Shown piece after piece: positions 1 through 13,548 of a stretch of DNA of 64,000 nt (positions are counted from its first letter, which is position 1; the number at the start of each line of letters is the position of its first letter). Position numbers and translations under genes: made by a program. The DNA comes from Eledone cirrhosa. Its lineage: Eukaryota. Under the pieces are notes generated by a model that worked only from the letters and a program-made list of their open reading frames with translations, was not told where the DNA came from and searched no databases. The DNA lies in the NCBI GenBank assembly GCA_964016885.1, contig OZ024740.1:128030001-128094000 (forward strand). The letters are read 5' to 3'.

Positions 1-585
1 CACACATATTTTCCCCCGCTATGACCCGTCTATTTCGTTCTTACAGCTTCCTCTCTCTCTCTGTATCTTTACCCCCTCTAACAGTCCTTCTCTCTGTTAG
101 CCTCTTCCTCACACTTCACTCACTCACTCTCTGCTACTACCTCTCCTACTTCCTCCCGTTTGACCTGTGCGTAATTCTTTTCTCGTGCACGCTTGACCAG
201 GCTGGTTGTTCCTTTTTTCTCTCTTGTCTACGATTTCACAGAACTTATGTTCACCGAATTCAGGGACTAGACTCCTTTTTCCACCCGTTTGACCTGTGCG
301 GAATTCCTGCCTTGCTCACATTTCGACTAGGTTTGATGGCCTTTATTCTCTCTCGTTCACGATTTCACCGAACTTATATTCATGGAAATCTGGGACTTGA
401 CTCTTTCTTCCTCACTTTTCGTTGCATTACCATCTTTGTTTGTTTACAGTCTCGCTCGTTCCCCTTATTTACGTGTCCCAACGACTTTCTTTAGCCGTTG
501 CTCGCACCAACCGGAGGTATATGGTCTTTAAAGCGATGAAATACCAATGAAGGTTGGAAGATCACTGATGAAGGACTAACATTAT

Positions 586-643
<58 letters not shown>

Positions 644-681
644 ATGTGTGTGTTTGTGTATTTATGTGTATGTGTATGTAT

Positions 682-747
<66 letters not shown>

Positions 748-755
748 AAATATGC

Positions 756-842
<87 letters not shown>

Positions 843-971
843 CGTGTGTGTTTTTCTACTTTTATATTTATTATTCTTTTTTTTCTTTCCTTCTTCTTCC
901 TCCAGCCTCACTTTCATATATATTATATTTTTGTTTTTCAAATCCACTGTCAATAAATACACCAGGATTTT

Positions 972-1013
972 TTCATTCTGATGACTGAAAGCAAATTTGT
1001 TTGCATTTAAGAA
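972..1013 (+). ncRNA. Hammerhead-like motif lacking helix II (second copy at 28937-28979, minus strand)
   Basis: ttcatt-CTGATGA-ct-GAAA-GCAAA..TTTGC-..-aagaa; the same layout recurs at 28.9 kb with CTGATGA-at-GAAA. Confidence 0.5.
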
Positions 1014-1554
1014 ACCACTTGTAAATGAAATAATTATCTTATGTTGTTTATTACATAACTAATAAGCTCTGTAACCTACATAGAGCACTCTTTTTTCCTG
1101 GACCTTTCCGACGGAATTACTTCATTCACACACACACACACATATATATATATAAACATGTATTCATGCACACACACTCATACATACATACATTAGTCAT
1201 GTGGGTTAAGTTATTTGACAAAGTAAACTCACCACACATCCATCTTTTAACTGGCTTATACCTCTCACGCGATGGACGCATCATTTCACAAGCAAACATG
1301 CAAAATACAAGGGATACTTCTGTCTTCAATATGGTATTGGTAAAAGCACACAAAAGCAAGAAAAATAGCTTTTTACTACGGATTCAAAGTTAATATATTG
1401 ATGAAAATGCTTTCGTTTAAAAAATGACCAATTTCAGCGTACATCATATCCATTAACCTATCGTCTCACGTTTAATGTTGATACAAAGGCACTCTGTACA
1501 CAAATTGAATACACTTACGTTCTTTAATTTACATTCAGTTCCTGGAGTATTAAT

Positions 1555-1742
1555 AATTGTTTCTACTTTAGGCACAAGGCCAGCAATCACCCAGTACATT
1601 ACTGGTACTTTATTTTATCGCCCCCCGTAAGGATGAAAGGCAAAGTTGACCTCGGCGTGATTTGAACTCAGAATGGAAAGGGCGGTAACTCTATGCGTCA
1701 AGGAATGACGTCCAACCCGCTACCCATACTGCCAATCCACCG
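1555..1742 (-). mobile_element. tRNA-derived SINE (octopod-type)
   Basis: Minus strand carries an A-box-like TGGCAGTATGGG, a B-box GTTCAAATC and the body ccgaggtcaactttgcctttcatcc..ggccttgtgcctaaagtagaaac seen in about ten copies in this window. Confidence 0.85.
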
Positions 1743-2878
1743 AATGACGCCTAAACACCGCTCAGTAAAACATCATCATAAAGATGATACTCCGAATATC
1801 TAGAAACTCTAGTGATGAAATTAGGTATTTTGCTACTTCAAACATACTAAAAATTATGAAAGAAATGCAAAAACTTGAATGATGTCGTGATTTCAATATA
1901 ACATCTAAAAAAGTTGTTCGTCATATAGACAAGTAGATACAAGTTTGAGTAAATATGTTTATATGAAAAATTGTTACACTTGGGCACATTCCGTTACTCC
2001 GAAGTTTCACGCCGGAACGACAATTTTCTAATGTTGTTAACTGTTGAATTATTCCAATATTGGAATAATTCAAAAGCTGATACCGTTTGAAAAAAATTGA
2101 ACCAACGGAATGTGGTCAACTGTAACTATCTATAATGATAAATATTACCTCTAACTGATTTATTTACTACTATATATTAATATGTAAATTGTGTCTGTTA
2201 TATATATATGTATGTGTGTGTATGTGTGTGTATGTGTGTGGTGGTGGTGGTGGGGGGGGGGCATGTGTGTGTGTGTGTGTTTTTGAGTGTCTGAGTGTGT
2301 GTAGTATGTTCAAAGCGTAAATTTTCTGAAGGTGAGCTATTGAACCGTATTCCAGACGTTCGTACTGATGAGACAAATTCAATGGTGCAAGCCTTTATCA
2401 TTCATGAGCTTGAGCTACTTTCCATCCATAATGAGGTAAAATTGGTATAAACAGATGAATAGCAAAGAAGCACAAGAAACATGTTATTTTACATGAAATG
2501 ATAAAGGTGTCTTTTAATGGGATTCTTCCAACACGTTTTCCAGTAAGTGTACTTTCCAGTAAGTGGAAGGCCTATAACGCTGTCATTCCACTTTTCAAGA
2601 AAAGATCGGTGGTACATTGTGGTTGCACTCTGAAACATGTTTACTGTCGTATTCACATACTCATAAAATACTACACATTACTCTCTGCCACTTACTGCCG
2701 TTCACTACTCTGTCTAATCTCATTTACAATAAGTATGATCTACAGGTTTTCTCATTTACGGAAGAAATAATTTGTCCGAAACATCAGTAATTCTCCTCAG
2801 AATGTCATAAAAAATTTACATTCATATCGATAACTAAAATGTGTGGCAAAGTAGATCACCTCCCTCAGTCTCTCCGAT

Positions 2879-2952
<74 letters not shown>

Positions 2953-4475
2953 ATATATATATATATGTTCATTTCCTCATAGTAACATATTTCAACTTCT
3001 TTCTCCGTCTATTAAGGGGATCACCCTATTTTATGAGCTATCTTTATAGCATTTCTGCGCTTGAGCACGTTCTTTATACTCTCTAGAAGTCTTATATATT
3101 TTTATGTGGGCTGATAGGGGGCGGTTTAAAGATTTACAGAAACCCAAGAAGCTAGATTTACCATCTTTCTAGTGGGTCCGGGTAAGCTTTTTACATTCAT
3201 ATGATTTATTGATTTATTGATATTTTATCTGAGTGACCCGAATCTTCCTGATCGTAATTTTTCGGTCGTATGGGTGATTTTAGACATAATCTTTGTGTGT
3301 TGGTATTTTAACGATAGTTATAGCTCTGATTTATCTGAATTATTGAGCCCTCTGCCACTCATGTCGAATTTTGTTTTGTTTATCGTGAACTCGTGCGCCG
3401 ATTTTTCGATACTCGATTATTCTACTACTTATATATATATACAGAATTTGCTATTAGACGACTAATATTTAGCCTCATAACAACTGTAACTTATGCAGCT
3501 AAGTGGTCGCAGATATAGACTTTGCAATCAGTACAACTCCAAAAGGAAAACATTTAATTAAGCAATCTACTTTCTTATGCAATTGTTGTAAATATGCCTT
3601 ATGCATTTAGCCACATACTTAGCTAGGTGCAGTAGGAACCTGGTAAATAACCATTTACTGGGCATTTGCTATTTTTATATTCAGTCAGATTTATTGGCGT
3701 TGTCTGTACATTCTGTACAATTTCATTTCAAAATTGAAGTAATAATTGCAACACCAGGGAAACATTTAGTGTTGATCAGCCCATTCCAAATTTAGCGACA
3801 CGTATTGATTTAGGGCAGCGATGACAATGTTTGATGTCTATTTATTATAGAGATGTAAAGTAAAACAAAAACAAGAGTGAAGTGGTCGACATTCAAAATA
3901 GTAGTTTAATGTACAGTCAATGCATCAAGTTTCTGGAAAGTCTCTTCTTCCAATGGTAGAGACAGGTAAACAAAGACTTGCAGGAAAAGACAAAACGAAA
4001 ATAAAGGTACGTTTTGGTTTGTTGTTAAGTCATATAGATTTCAAGGTAGTTGAAGTATGTGTGATGAGAGGAGCGGCAAGTCTGAAAACATTAACTAGAC
4101 GTACTTACGTACACACAGACATATGTAAATACATATATAATACTTATACCCACATACACAAACATACACACAAATTCATATATATATATATATGTCATCA
4201 TAAATTCTGGCCAATAGTTGCAGTCAGACTGTCCATCAGCTACCCTCTGCCTGACACACTTCAATGAATTCATGCTGGGTTTGGTATTTCACAAGTCCAC
4301 TCGCACACATATATACACATATACCCACACACATACATACACATATACACATACACACAAATATACATACATATACACATACATACACATATATACCTAT
4401 ATATATATATAGTAATAATAATAAATTTGAAGACTAAAATCCAAAGAGGGCTCGATAACTGAGATTGACTTTGTT

Positions 4476-4526
4476 AGTTTCAGAAGATCCCGTTAAGGGT
4501 GAAAGCAGCGATTATTTGCTTAAACT
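4476..4526 (+). ncRNA. Variant hammerhead with CAGAAGA core (second copy 48162-48212, minus strand)
   Basis: agttt-CAGAAGA-tcccgttaagggt-GAA-AGCAG..TTGCT-T-aaact; helices I and III pair, helix II is weak. Confidence 0.45.
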
Positions 4527-4542
4527 TTAATCTGTTATTTTA

Positions 4543-4582
<40 letters not shown>

Positions 4583-4812
4583 CGAAGGAAAAGTGGTAAG
4601 GAACCAGGTGGTTGCTGGCCTGGTGTTTGGGGTAGAAACCGTTATTTATTTTTTTTTTTTCGTGGTGGTCTCTGTAGTATTCAGACCCCCCCCCCCCCCC
4701 CTCTGTCGACCCGTCACCGTACGATACTCGCACTTATACCCCGCATAAGGGTCCCTTTATCTAGGTTTTTTTTTTCTATCATTATCATTTGTTTTCTTAT
4801 TCTTTTTATTCT

Positions 4813-4910
<98 letters not shown>

Positions 4911-4971
4911 TAAATCTATCTATCCATCCTTTTACTCCCTTATTTGTTTATTTACTCATTTATGTTTTTCT

Positions 4972-5160
4972 TGTGGAATATTATTTACGTATTTCTTATT
5001 TACTTATGTGGAATATTACTTACGTATTTCTTATTTACTTATGTGGAATATTACTTATGTATTTCTTATTTACTTATGTGGAATATTATTTTTGTATTTC
5101 TTATTTACTTATGTGGAATATTATTTATGTATTTCTTATTTACTTATTTATGTATTTCTT
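4972..5160. repeat. 35-bp minisatellite, about 5 copies
   Basis: tgtggaatattatttacgtatttcttatttactta starting at 4972, 5007, 5042, 5077 and 5112. Confidence 0.9.
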
Positions 5161-5490
5161 CAGCCTAGCAATAGCGAGAGAAGCAAGTCTTAGTAACCAG
5201 ATTCTGCTTTTATTTCTTTTCTCTCTCAGTACCTTTTACAGTTTTACATTTTCATCGTTCTACTTACCGTTTTGACCTCCTCCCGCTCCCCCTACCCGGC
5301 GTCCTCTTTGACCTCACACCCAGCTGTAGCTGGCACCACCAGCGCATGAATGGGTCTACTCCGCCCCCTCTCCCCTGTCCTCCTACTGGCAGGTTTGGCT
5401 ACCTCCCCCACCAACTTGCCATCGCAGAATTACTACTACCTTGCGGGATGACCAATCCTGGTGATTATCTCTTTGACCATATATGGAATT

Positions 5491-5585
5491 GCCCCTTGAC
5501 AAGTTCGGCTATTTAAATACCAGAACTGATTTTTCATTCAGGACAGAATTAGCCGTCGAAACGGCTTGAGCTCAGCCGTCGGGGT
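5491..5585 (+). ncRNA. Type I hammerhead ribozyme with U3:A8 core
   Basis: gcccc-TTGACAA-g..cggcta/tagccg..c-GAA-ACGGCT(tgagctc)AGCCGT-C-ggggt; predicted GUC cleavage after 5580. Confidence 0.8.
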
Positions 5586-6064
5586 CTTACTTACTCCTAT
5601 ATATATATATATATACATACATACTCAGACTCACATACACACACACACGCACACAACCATATAACTAACAACACATGCGTCCACAGGCACCTGCCCACAT
5701 GCTCGCGTACATCAGCTCTCACACGCACACACACGCGCGCGCGCACACACACGCGCGCGCGCACACACGCACACGCATACATGGACACACATGTGTGTGG
5801 GTATATGTGTATATGTGTGTGCGAGTGGACTTCTGAAATTCCAAACCCAGCATGAATTCATTGAAGTGTGTCAGGCAGAGGGTAGCTGACAGTCTGACTG
5901 CAACTATTGGCCAGAATTTATGATGACGTAGAAAAACAATAGCCAACAGCAGGACAAGTGAGGAAGATGTTTTTTACGCTAACACCCCAGTGAGAAAATT
6001 TAATCTGAAATTATTGCAAGTGTCTGATGAACCTGCAGATCCAGAATCAGACAGATCCATACAC

Positions 6065-6275
6065 TGAAACGAAATTTCATTTCTCACTCTTAGTACGGCA
6101 CTTACTAAAATGTAAGTATGTATGTATGTATACGTACATACATATATGTATACAGACGTACAGTAATATGTATATATATACATACATGCACACATATATA
6201 TATATGCTACGTATACATACATACTTACATTTAAGTAAGTGCCGTACTAAGAGTGAGAAATGAAATTTCGTTTCA
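6065..6275. repeat. Fold-back inverted repeat (~65-bp arms) around a microsatellite
   Basis: tgaaacgaaatttcatttctcactcttagtacggcacttac.. is mirrored by ..gtaagtgccgtactaagagtgagaaatgaaatttcgtttca. Confidence 0.85.
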
Positions 6276-7639
6276 TTCTATTCCATTTATCGTTTTCGGT
6301 GCGCCCGGCCGACTGAACTCACTTGATATGCAAATTAGGCTGCTCAGCCATTAATGTCCATAAGGAAAGTATATACTTTCAGACGTTCAACCATCTGGCA
6401 TGAAGGTATACGATGCTGACGATAGCTAATAAGCTTGAAACTAGTACATCGTTCCTGTGTCAGTGTTGAACAAAAAGGTGACGTGGTTGCCTAAACACTG
6501 TACGGCGTAATTCGGGCTGTTTGTTTGTTTACAAACAAACAAACCGAGCATTATAATAAATGTTCGGTAAACCGATACGTGCATATATATATGTGTGCAT
6601 GTATTTATTCCCCAGATTTTTAACGTCTGCAAAATTTGCGCTACTAAACCATTCTAACAGCTCTCTTATTACCATGAAAGGACAACACATAGCACATCCA
6701 CCGTAATCTATCTTACAAGCCCAGACATTTTTTATCACCAACAACAACAACAACAAACAGACGAATCCTCCAAGGACATCAAAGATTATACCTTTAACCA
6801 ATAGAATGCAAGAAACAAACTCCTAACCAATCAAACGCAAGAGAAGCTGACATTTTTAGAACACTCCCACAGTGAATAAGTATTTTATCTTTATAGACAC
6901 ACCCCTTCAACAACTTTCCCTCACATATTATATCAATCATCCATTATTGTCATTGTCACCCTTAATCTACACCCCCACTATCTTATCCCCCCACCCCGTA
7001 CATGTATATCCCTTCTTTTATCTTTCGATATATCTTTAAGTTTACTGGTCTGTCTTTTATTATAATGTCCATCATAATATACTATCCACCACCGTATTTT
7101 TCTTTCATCCTAACATCTGTTTACCTATATTTATATATGCATTTTATTTTCATTCTTACTTTTTATATTTTTTATTTTTATTTTCTTATTTTATCCTTCA
7201 ATTCTTATTTTGTATTATCTCTATCATATTGTTTCACATCTCACTATACTTTTCATCTTGCGATTTTTCAGGTTATTTTTTCATATCATTGTCTTACTAT
7301 TTCTTATTTCACTATACTTTTCATCTTGTTATTTTTTATGGTATATTTCATGTCATTATCTGTACGGGGTCGATAACATAAAGTACCAGTAATGTACTGG
7401 GTAATTGCTGGCCTTGTGCCTAAAGTAGAAACAATTATCTTTACACCTCAGTATAAATACGTTGTATCGCCAGTCACGAACTAGTATTTTTATAATGTGG
7501 TTGGTGTTAACAGTACTTAAAATCGAATGTCAAAGCAACACCGCAGATAGCGATTCTTAGACACACCGAGCCAATGAAACATTTGTTAATACTTAGAATA
7601 AACCCTACTGTATAGCTATCCGTGTTATTCTTCTCTCAT

Positions 7640-7820
7640 ATCGGTAGAGGGTTGGACGCCATGCTTTCTAGCATAGTTACATCCCTTTACAGTCTGAGTT
7701 CAAATCCCGCCGATGTTAACTTTGCCTTACGGGGTCGATAAAATAAAGTACCAGTAATGTACTGGGTAATTGCTGGCCTTGTGCCTAAAGTAGAAACAAT
7801 TATTAATACTCCAGGAACTG
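7640..7820 (+). mobile_element. tRNA-derived SINE (partial 3' copy also at 7364-7437)
   Basis: B-box GTTCAAATCC plus family body; shares the extra tail attaatactccaggaactg with the copy at 1.55 kb. Confidence 0.85.
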
Positions 7821-7970
7821 CTTACCTATGAACTTTCTGGAATCCGCCACCTGAATACCACAACTAAGTAAACACTTGTCGAGTCAAACAACGCTGGACG
7901 TTAGAATCATCCACTGTACAGGTCACGCATAATCCCTACTTGGATTACCTTAAACGATACCTCGTTTACT

Positions 7971-8006
<36 letters not shown>

Positions 8007-8029
8007 CGTGTGTGTGTGTGTTTGTATAT

Positions 8030-8830
8030 TATTATATTTGGGGAGGGCCATGCTGTTATAATATTGATAGGAAAATATAGTAAAACACACTCACTGTTTG
8101 GTGTGGGTTGGTTTTCGCTTCAGTATATTTTTCATATTTCTATTATTAATTCAGCTGGCAATCAATACTTATCATTGATTGACCAACAGTTAAAATATAG
8201 TTTCTCAGAGTTCTTTCGTCACGCATCTGTGACATTATCAGTGATGTCTCTATGTTTCATCTCATTGTATTCTTGTATTGTTTTCTTATTCTATGTTATT
8301 TATTTATTCTTTCATTTGTTAATGTATCTGTTTGCGCATGCGTTTGTGTGCGTGTATTCTGTATTTTGTGTGTTCGTGTGTTCATGTCTTAGTTTGTTAG
8401 ATCAATAGTATGCGTTTAAGTGTGGGTATTGATATTGTATGTGTATATATATTTATATTTATCTTAGATCACTATTATTTGATTGTGGATGGTTGTTGAT
8501 ATTCCATTCACGTTTTCTCTTCAGCCTAGGATTTCTATTTCTGTAGCTTCCCTAATTTGTTGAATTGAGGAGTCATTCCGATGTTTAGATATAATATTAA
8601 TCTCTATGTTGTGTATATAACCATCATGTCTTAGTTTGGCGTGTTTATATAGTGCTGAATAGTATTTTGCCATTTCCGTTCTCCCCATTGTTCGTCTATG
8701 CACTCACCTGTGTATATCGTTGTCATTTTTCTGCAAGCACCCTCTGTACATCTTATGCTATAGATAATATTTCTTGTGAACATATTACACATTTCTAATT
8801 TGTAGAATGGGTTCTCTTAAAGGGGTAAGT
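8030..8830 (-). mobile_element. Decayed PLE 3' end (GIY-YIG remnant plus terminal repeat with hammerhead at 8205-8244)
   Basis: Minus strand translates to TRNIIYSIRCTEGAC and ALYKHAKLRHDG..QQIREATEI, homologous to PLE family A; HHR tca-CTGATAA-tgtcac..gtgac-GAAAG-aa-CTC-tga. Confidence 0.75.
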
Positions 8831-8927
8831 ATTACTGAGCAGGGATATTATGGTAGATCCTGGCTTATCTAACACTTTAATATTTAAATTAGTATTTTAA
8901 AAAATATTGCAAAACAAATACATCGCC

Positions 8928-9044
<117 letters not shown>

Positions 9045-9857
9045 TGTGTTAGTGTGTGCATGTTTGTGTGTGTATGCTTGTTTGTGTGTGTGAGGGGGGG
9101 GGGGGGGGACATAGAAGCACGTAAAGAACAAGACTCTGATCAGACACACATACACACACGCATACTTTCATTCAGATACATTATGCAGTTGAACGTACAT
9201 TCATTTCGTTTTCAGTCATTTAAATTCTTATATTATCTCTTGCTGTCGTTCTACTATGTAGATGGCGATTGTGTTCGTGTGTTAGAAGTATTGAGGTATG
9301 TAGCTGGTATGTATGGTGGGTTATGTGTTTTTCGGCGCATCACTTGAGTCCTCCTAATAGACGATATAATTGAATCACTTTTGTAATTTCCAGCAGATGA
9401 ACATTTGCAATCGTCTTCAATGGGAAGAAAACAACCTTATATGTTACACCCACAGCAGGAAGAATTAAATTGCCTTGCTACGCATCAGTGGTTTTATTAA
9501 TGATTGGGCACTCCATTCAACGAAACCCCTGCAGCTAAACCTGATTATCTACTTCACAGAAGCGCACTTTGTGCAATGCATCGTCTTAAAAATGAATACT
9601 TTACATACAATTAATTGTCCGGCCAAAACCTATTCTCAAAACTTTGAACAAATTTCTATGAGAGTTAAGTTGCAGCCATTTTGTATCGAGTTATTTTACA
9701 TTTGTGTTTTGCCGGAGAGAGAAATTCTAATAAAACAGTTTATTCGTTTCTATCACTCACAGAAATACCTGAACATGCATAATGGTCGATATTCTCTTTT
9801 CCACCTCTCTCTCTCCATCTCTTCCTCACCCTTTCTACACACACACACACACACAGA

Positions 9858-9908
<51 letters not shown>

Positions 9909-10019
9909 GTATGTGTGTGTGGAGAGTGTATGGATTTATGTTCGTACATACATACATAAATACATACAAAGCAATCCGTAGGATATCTCTGAGAATACAC
10001 ATAAGTTACAATCATGTGG

Positions 10020-10580
10020 AGGACATATGCATATATAATATGAAAGAGTACTATTGGAACGTTTCAGTCAAATCCCAATAAAATCCGAACGGAAAAGAGG
10101 CGACATAGTAATATGGGACACAGAAAAGAAGGCAGGGACAATAATGGAAATTGGTTGCCCAGAAAATTAATGCTAAACTAATTCTGCAGATATTCCACAC
10201 TGACTATGCGTTTGGATTTGCACCTGTGATCACTGATGCTCTAGGATATGGGCTTCACAGAACCAGAAACGACATGGCTAGTTAGGCAGTTGCGAATACA
10301 GCACACTAATGGAATTGTAAAAATATGTATAACATTTCAAAAATAATTCAACATGCAAGAACTGCATATACATATGTATAGAAACAGAAATATGAGCACG
10401 TAGACACAAATAACTCAAACTATACAGATTTACACATGCAATAATCCCGATGCCTTTACACACATATAGATTGGCATACGCATTTCCCTTGTTGATATCA
10501 ACTATCTTCTAATGAAATAGACTTGTTTCTATGTCAGAAACCGGCTTGTTCTCTATTGGTGAAAAAACGTAATAAAATCT
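10020..10580 (+). mobile_element. Decayed 3' end of a restriction-like-endonuclease LINE (R4/Dong-like)
   Basis: Translates to EYYWNVSV..RGDIVIWDTEKK..IMEIGCP..DYAFGFAPVITDALGY, matching the PD-(D/E)xK-type C-terminal domain pattern. Confidence 0.55.
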
Positions 10581-10782
10581 TATTAAAATCAGAAGCACAT
10601 ATTCCTTCTTACTCTTTGCTTCAGAGTTCATATCCCACTGATCTCAACTTTGTCTTTCATCCTTTCAACGTATATAACAAACTACTCAAGACATAGTTCC
10701 TAAAGTTTTCACTCTACCACTCTACTTTCAAACGGCACAATCGTTTCGGGCCCCAAGAGTGGATGTATTTGTGCGGACACAT

Positions 10783-10846
<64 letters not shown>

Positions 10847-10880
10847 TTGTGTGTGTGTGTGTGTGTGTGAGTGTGTGTAA

Positions 10881-10962
<82 letters not shown>

Positions 10963-11106
10963 GTATATATGTATATGTATATATATATATATGTATGTAT
11001 ATATATATATATATATATATGTATATGTATATATATGTATATATATATATACATATATATATATGCATATACATATATATATATATATACATATATATAC
11101 ATATAC

Positions 11107-11143
<37 letters not shown>

Positions 11144-11281
11144 CATTGGAATAAATGCTCTGAAATAGCGATATATATGTGAATATAGACATAGAATATT
11201 CGAAAATATTCTGTATGTTTATAATAAACATTTTGAAGACCTAATCGCTATAGAATAGAATACGTCACGTATTACAATTAG

Positions 11282-11371
11282 ATTCTCGACAAAAGCAAGG
11301 GAAGTAAGTCTACGCGTTTCATTCTTGTTAGAATTCATCAGGACTACATATCCAGTGCTTTTATCGAGAAT
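11282..11371 (-). ncRNA. Minimal type I hammerhead; 7 minus-strand copies every 311 bp, the last at 13148-13237
   Basis: gtagtc-CTGATGA-attct(aaca)agaat-GAA-ACGCGT-A-gacttac, enclosed by a 16-bp stem ATTCTCGATAAAAGCA/TGCTTTTGTCGAGAAT with one U-G wobble. Confidence 0.92.
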
Positions 11372-13458
11372 GACACAGCTAGAGACTTATAGAATACTTA
11401 GCTGTGTACAGGAACTGGTTTGAAAGAGCGGTTGCCGGTCCGGCAGAAATTAGAAATTGGAATAAATGCTCTGAAATAGCGATATATATGTGAATATAGA
11501 CATAGAATATTCGAAAATATTCTGTATGTTTATAATAAACATTTTGAAGACCTAATCGCTATAGAATAGAATACGTCACGTATTACAATTAGATTCTCGA
11601 CAAAAGCAAGGGAAGTAAGTCTACGCGTTTCATTCTTGTTAGAATTCATCAGGACTACATATCCAGTGCTTTTATCGAGAATGACACAGCTAGAGACTTA
11701 TAGAATACTTAGCTGTGTACAGGAACTGGTTTGAAAGAGCGGTTGCCGGTCCGGCAGAAATTAGAAATTGGAATAAATGCTCTGAAATAGCGATATATAT
11801 GTGAATATAGACATAGAATATTCGAAAATATTCTGTATGTTTATAATAAACATTTTGAAGACCTAATCGCTATAGAATAGAATACGTCACGTATTACAAT
11901 TAGATTCTCGACAAAAGCAAGGGAAGTAAGTCTACGCGTTTCATTCTTGTTAGAATTCATCAGGACTACATATCCAGTGCTTTTATCGAGAATGACACAG
12001 CTAGAGACTTATAGAATACTTAGCTGTGTACAGGAACTGGTTTGAAAGAGCGGTTGCCGGTCCGGCAGAAATTAGAAATTGGAATAAATGCTCTGAAATA
12101 GCGATATATATGTGAATATAGACATAGAATATTCGAAAATATTCTGTATGTTTATAATAAACATTTTGAAGACCTAATCGCTATAGAATAGAATACGTCA
12201 CGTATTACAATTAGATTCTCGACAAAAGCAAGGGAAGTAAGTCTACGCGTTTCATTCTTGTTAGAATTCATCAGGACTACATATCCAGTGCTTTTATCGA
12301 GAATGACACAGCTAGAGACTTATAGAATACTTAGCTGTGTACAGGAACTGGTTTGAAAGAGCGGTTGCCGGTCCGGCAGAAATTAGAAATTGGAATAAAT
12401 GCTCTGAAATAGCGATATATATGTGAATATAGACATAGAATATTCGAAAATATTCTGTATGTTTATAATAAACATTTTGAAGACCTAATCGCTATAGAAT
12501 AGAATACGTCACGTATTACAATTAGATTCTCGACAAAAGCAAGGGAAGTAAGTCTACGCGTTTCATTCTTGTTAGAATTCATCAGGACTACATATCCAGT
12601 GCTTTTATCGAGAATGACACAGCTAGAGACTTATAGAATACTTAGCTGTGTACAGGAACTGGTTTGAAAGAGCGGTTGCCGGTCCGGCAGAAATTAGAAA
12701 TTGGAATAAATGCTCTGAAATAGCGATATATATGTGAATATAGACATAGAATATTCGAAAATATTCTGTATGTTTATAATAAACATTTTGAAGACCTAAT
12801 CGCTATAGAATAGAATACGTCACGTATTACAATTAGATTCTCGACAAAAGCAAGGGAAGTAAGTCTACGCGTTTCATTCTTGTTAGAATTCATCAGGACT
12901 ACATATCCAGTGCTTTTATCGAGAATGACACAGCTAGAGACTTATAGAATACTTAGCTGTGTACAGGAACTGGTTTGAAAGAGCGGTTGCCGGTCCGGCA
13001 GAAATTAGAAATTGGAATAAATGCTCTGAAATAGCGATATATATGTGAATATAGACATAGAATATTCGAAAATATTCTGTATGTTTATAATAAACATTTT
13101 GAAGACCTAATCGCTATAGAATAGAATACGTCACGTATTACAATTAGATTCTCGACAAAAGCAAGGGAAGTAAGTCTACGCGTTTCATTCTTGTTAGAAT
13201 TCATCAGGACTACATATCCAGTGCTTTTATCGAGAATCTAATTGTAATACGTGACGTATTCTATTCTATAGCGATTAGGTCTTCAAAATGTTTATTATAA
13301 ACATACAGAATATTTTCGAATATTCTATGTCTATATTCACATATATATCGCTATTTCAGAGCATTTATTCCAATTTCTAATTTCTGCCGGACCGGCAACC
13401 GCTCTTTCAAACCAGTTCCTGTACACAGCTAAGTATTCTATAAGTCTCTAGCTGTGTC

Positions 13459-13548
13459 ATTCTCGATAAAAGCACTGGATATGTAGTCCTGATGAATTCT
13501 AACAAGAATGAAACGCGTAGACTTACTTCCCTTGCTTTTGTCGAGAAT
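13459..13548 (+). ncRNA. Minimal type I hammerhead in the inverted arm (second plus-strand copy 13770-13859)
   Basis: CTGATGA at 13489-13495 and GAAAC at 13510-13514; predicted GUA cleavage after 13519 and after 13830. Confidence 0.92.

Noticed and set aside
582-988. The many YIYI/VCVC/THTH ORFs here and throughout the window
   Set aside because: They are translations of (TA)n and (CA)n microsatellites.
1225-1325. Possible minus-strand exon ending at a GTGAGT donor
   Set aside because: No recognisable homology; cannot be supported from sequence alone.
2332-2435. Possible host exon (AG..ELLNRIPDVRTDETNSMVQAFIIHELELLSIHNE..GT); also contains CTGATGA
   Set aside because: Weak acceptor, no recognisable protein and no partner exons; no GAAA follows the CTGATGA. 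RNA-seq would be needed.
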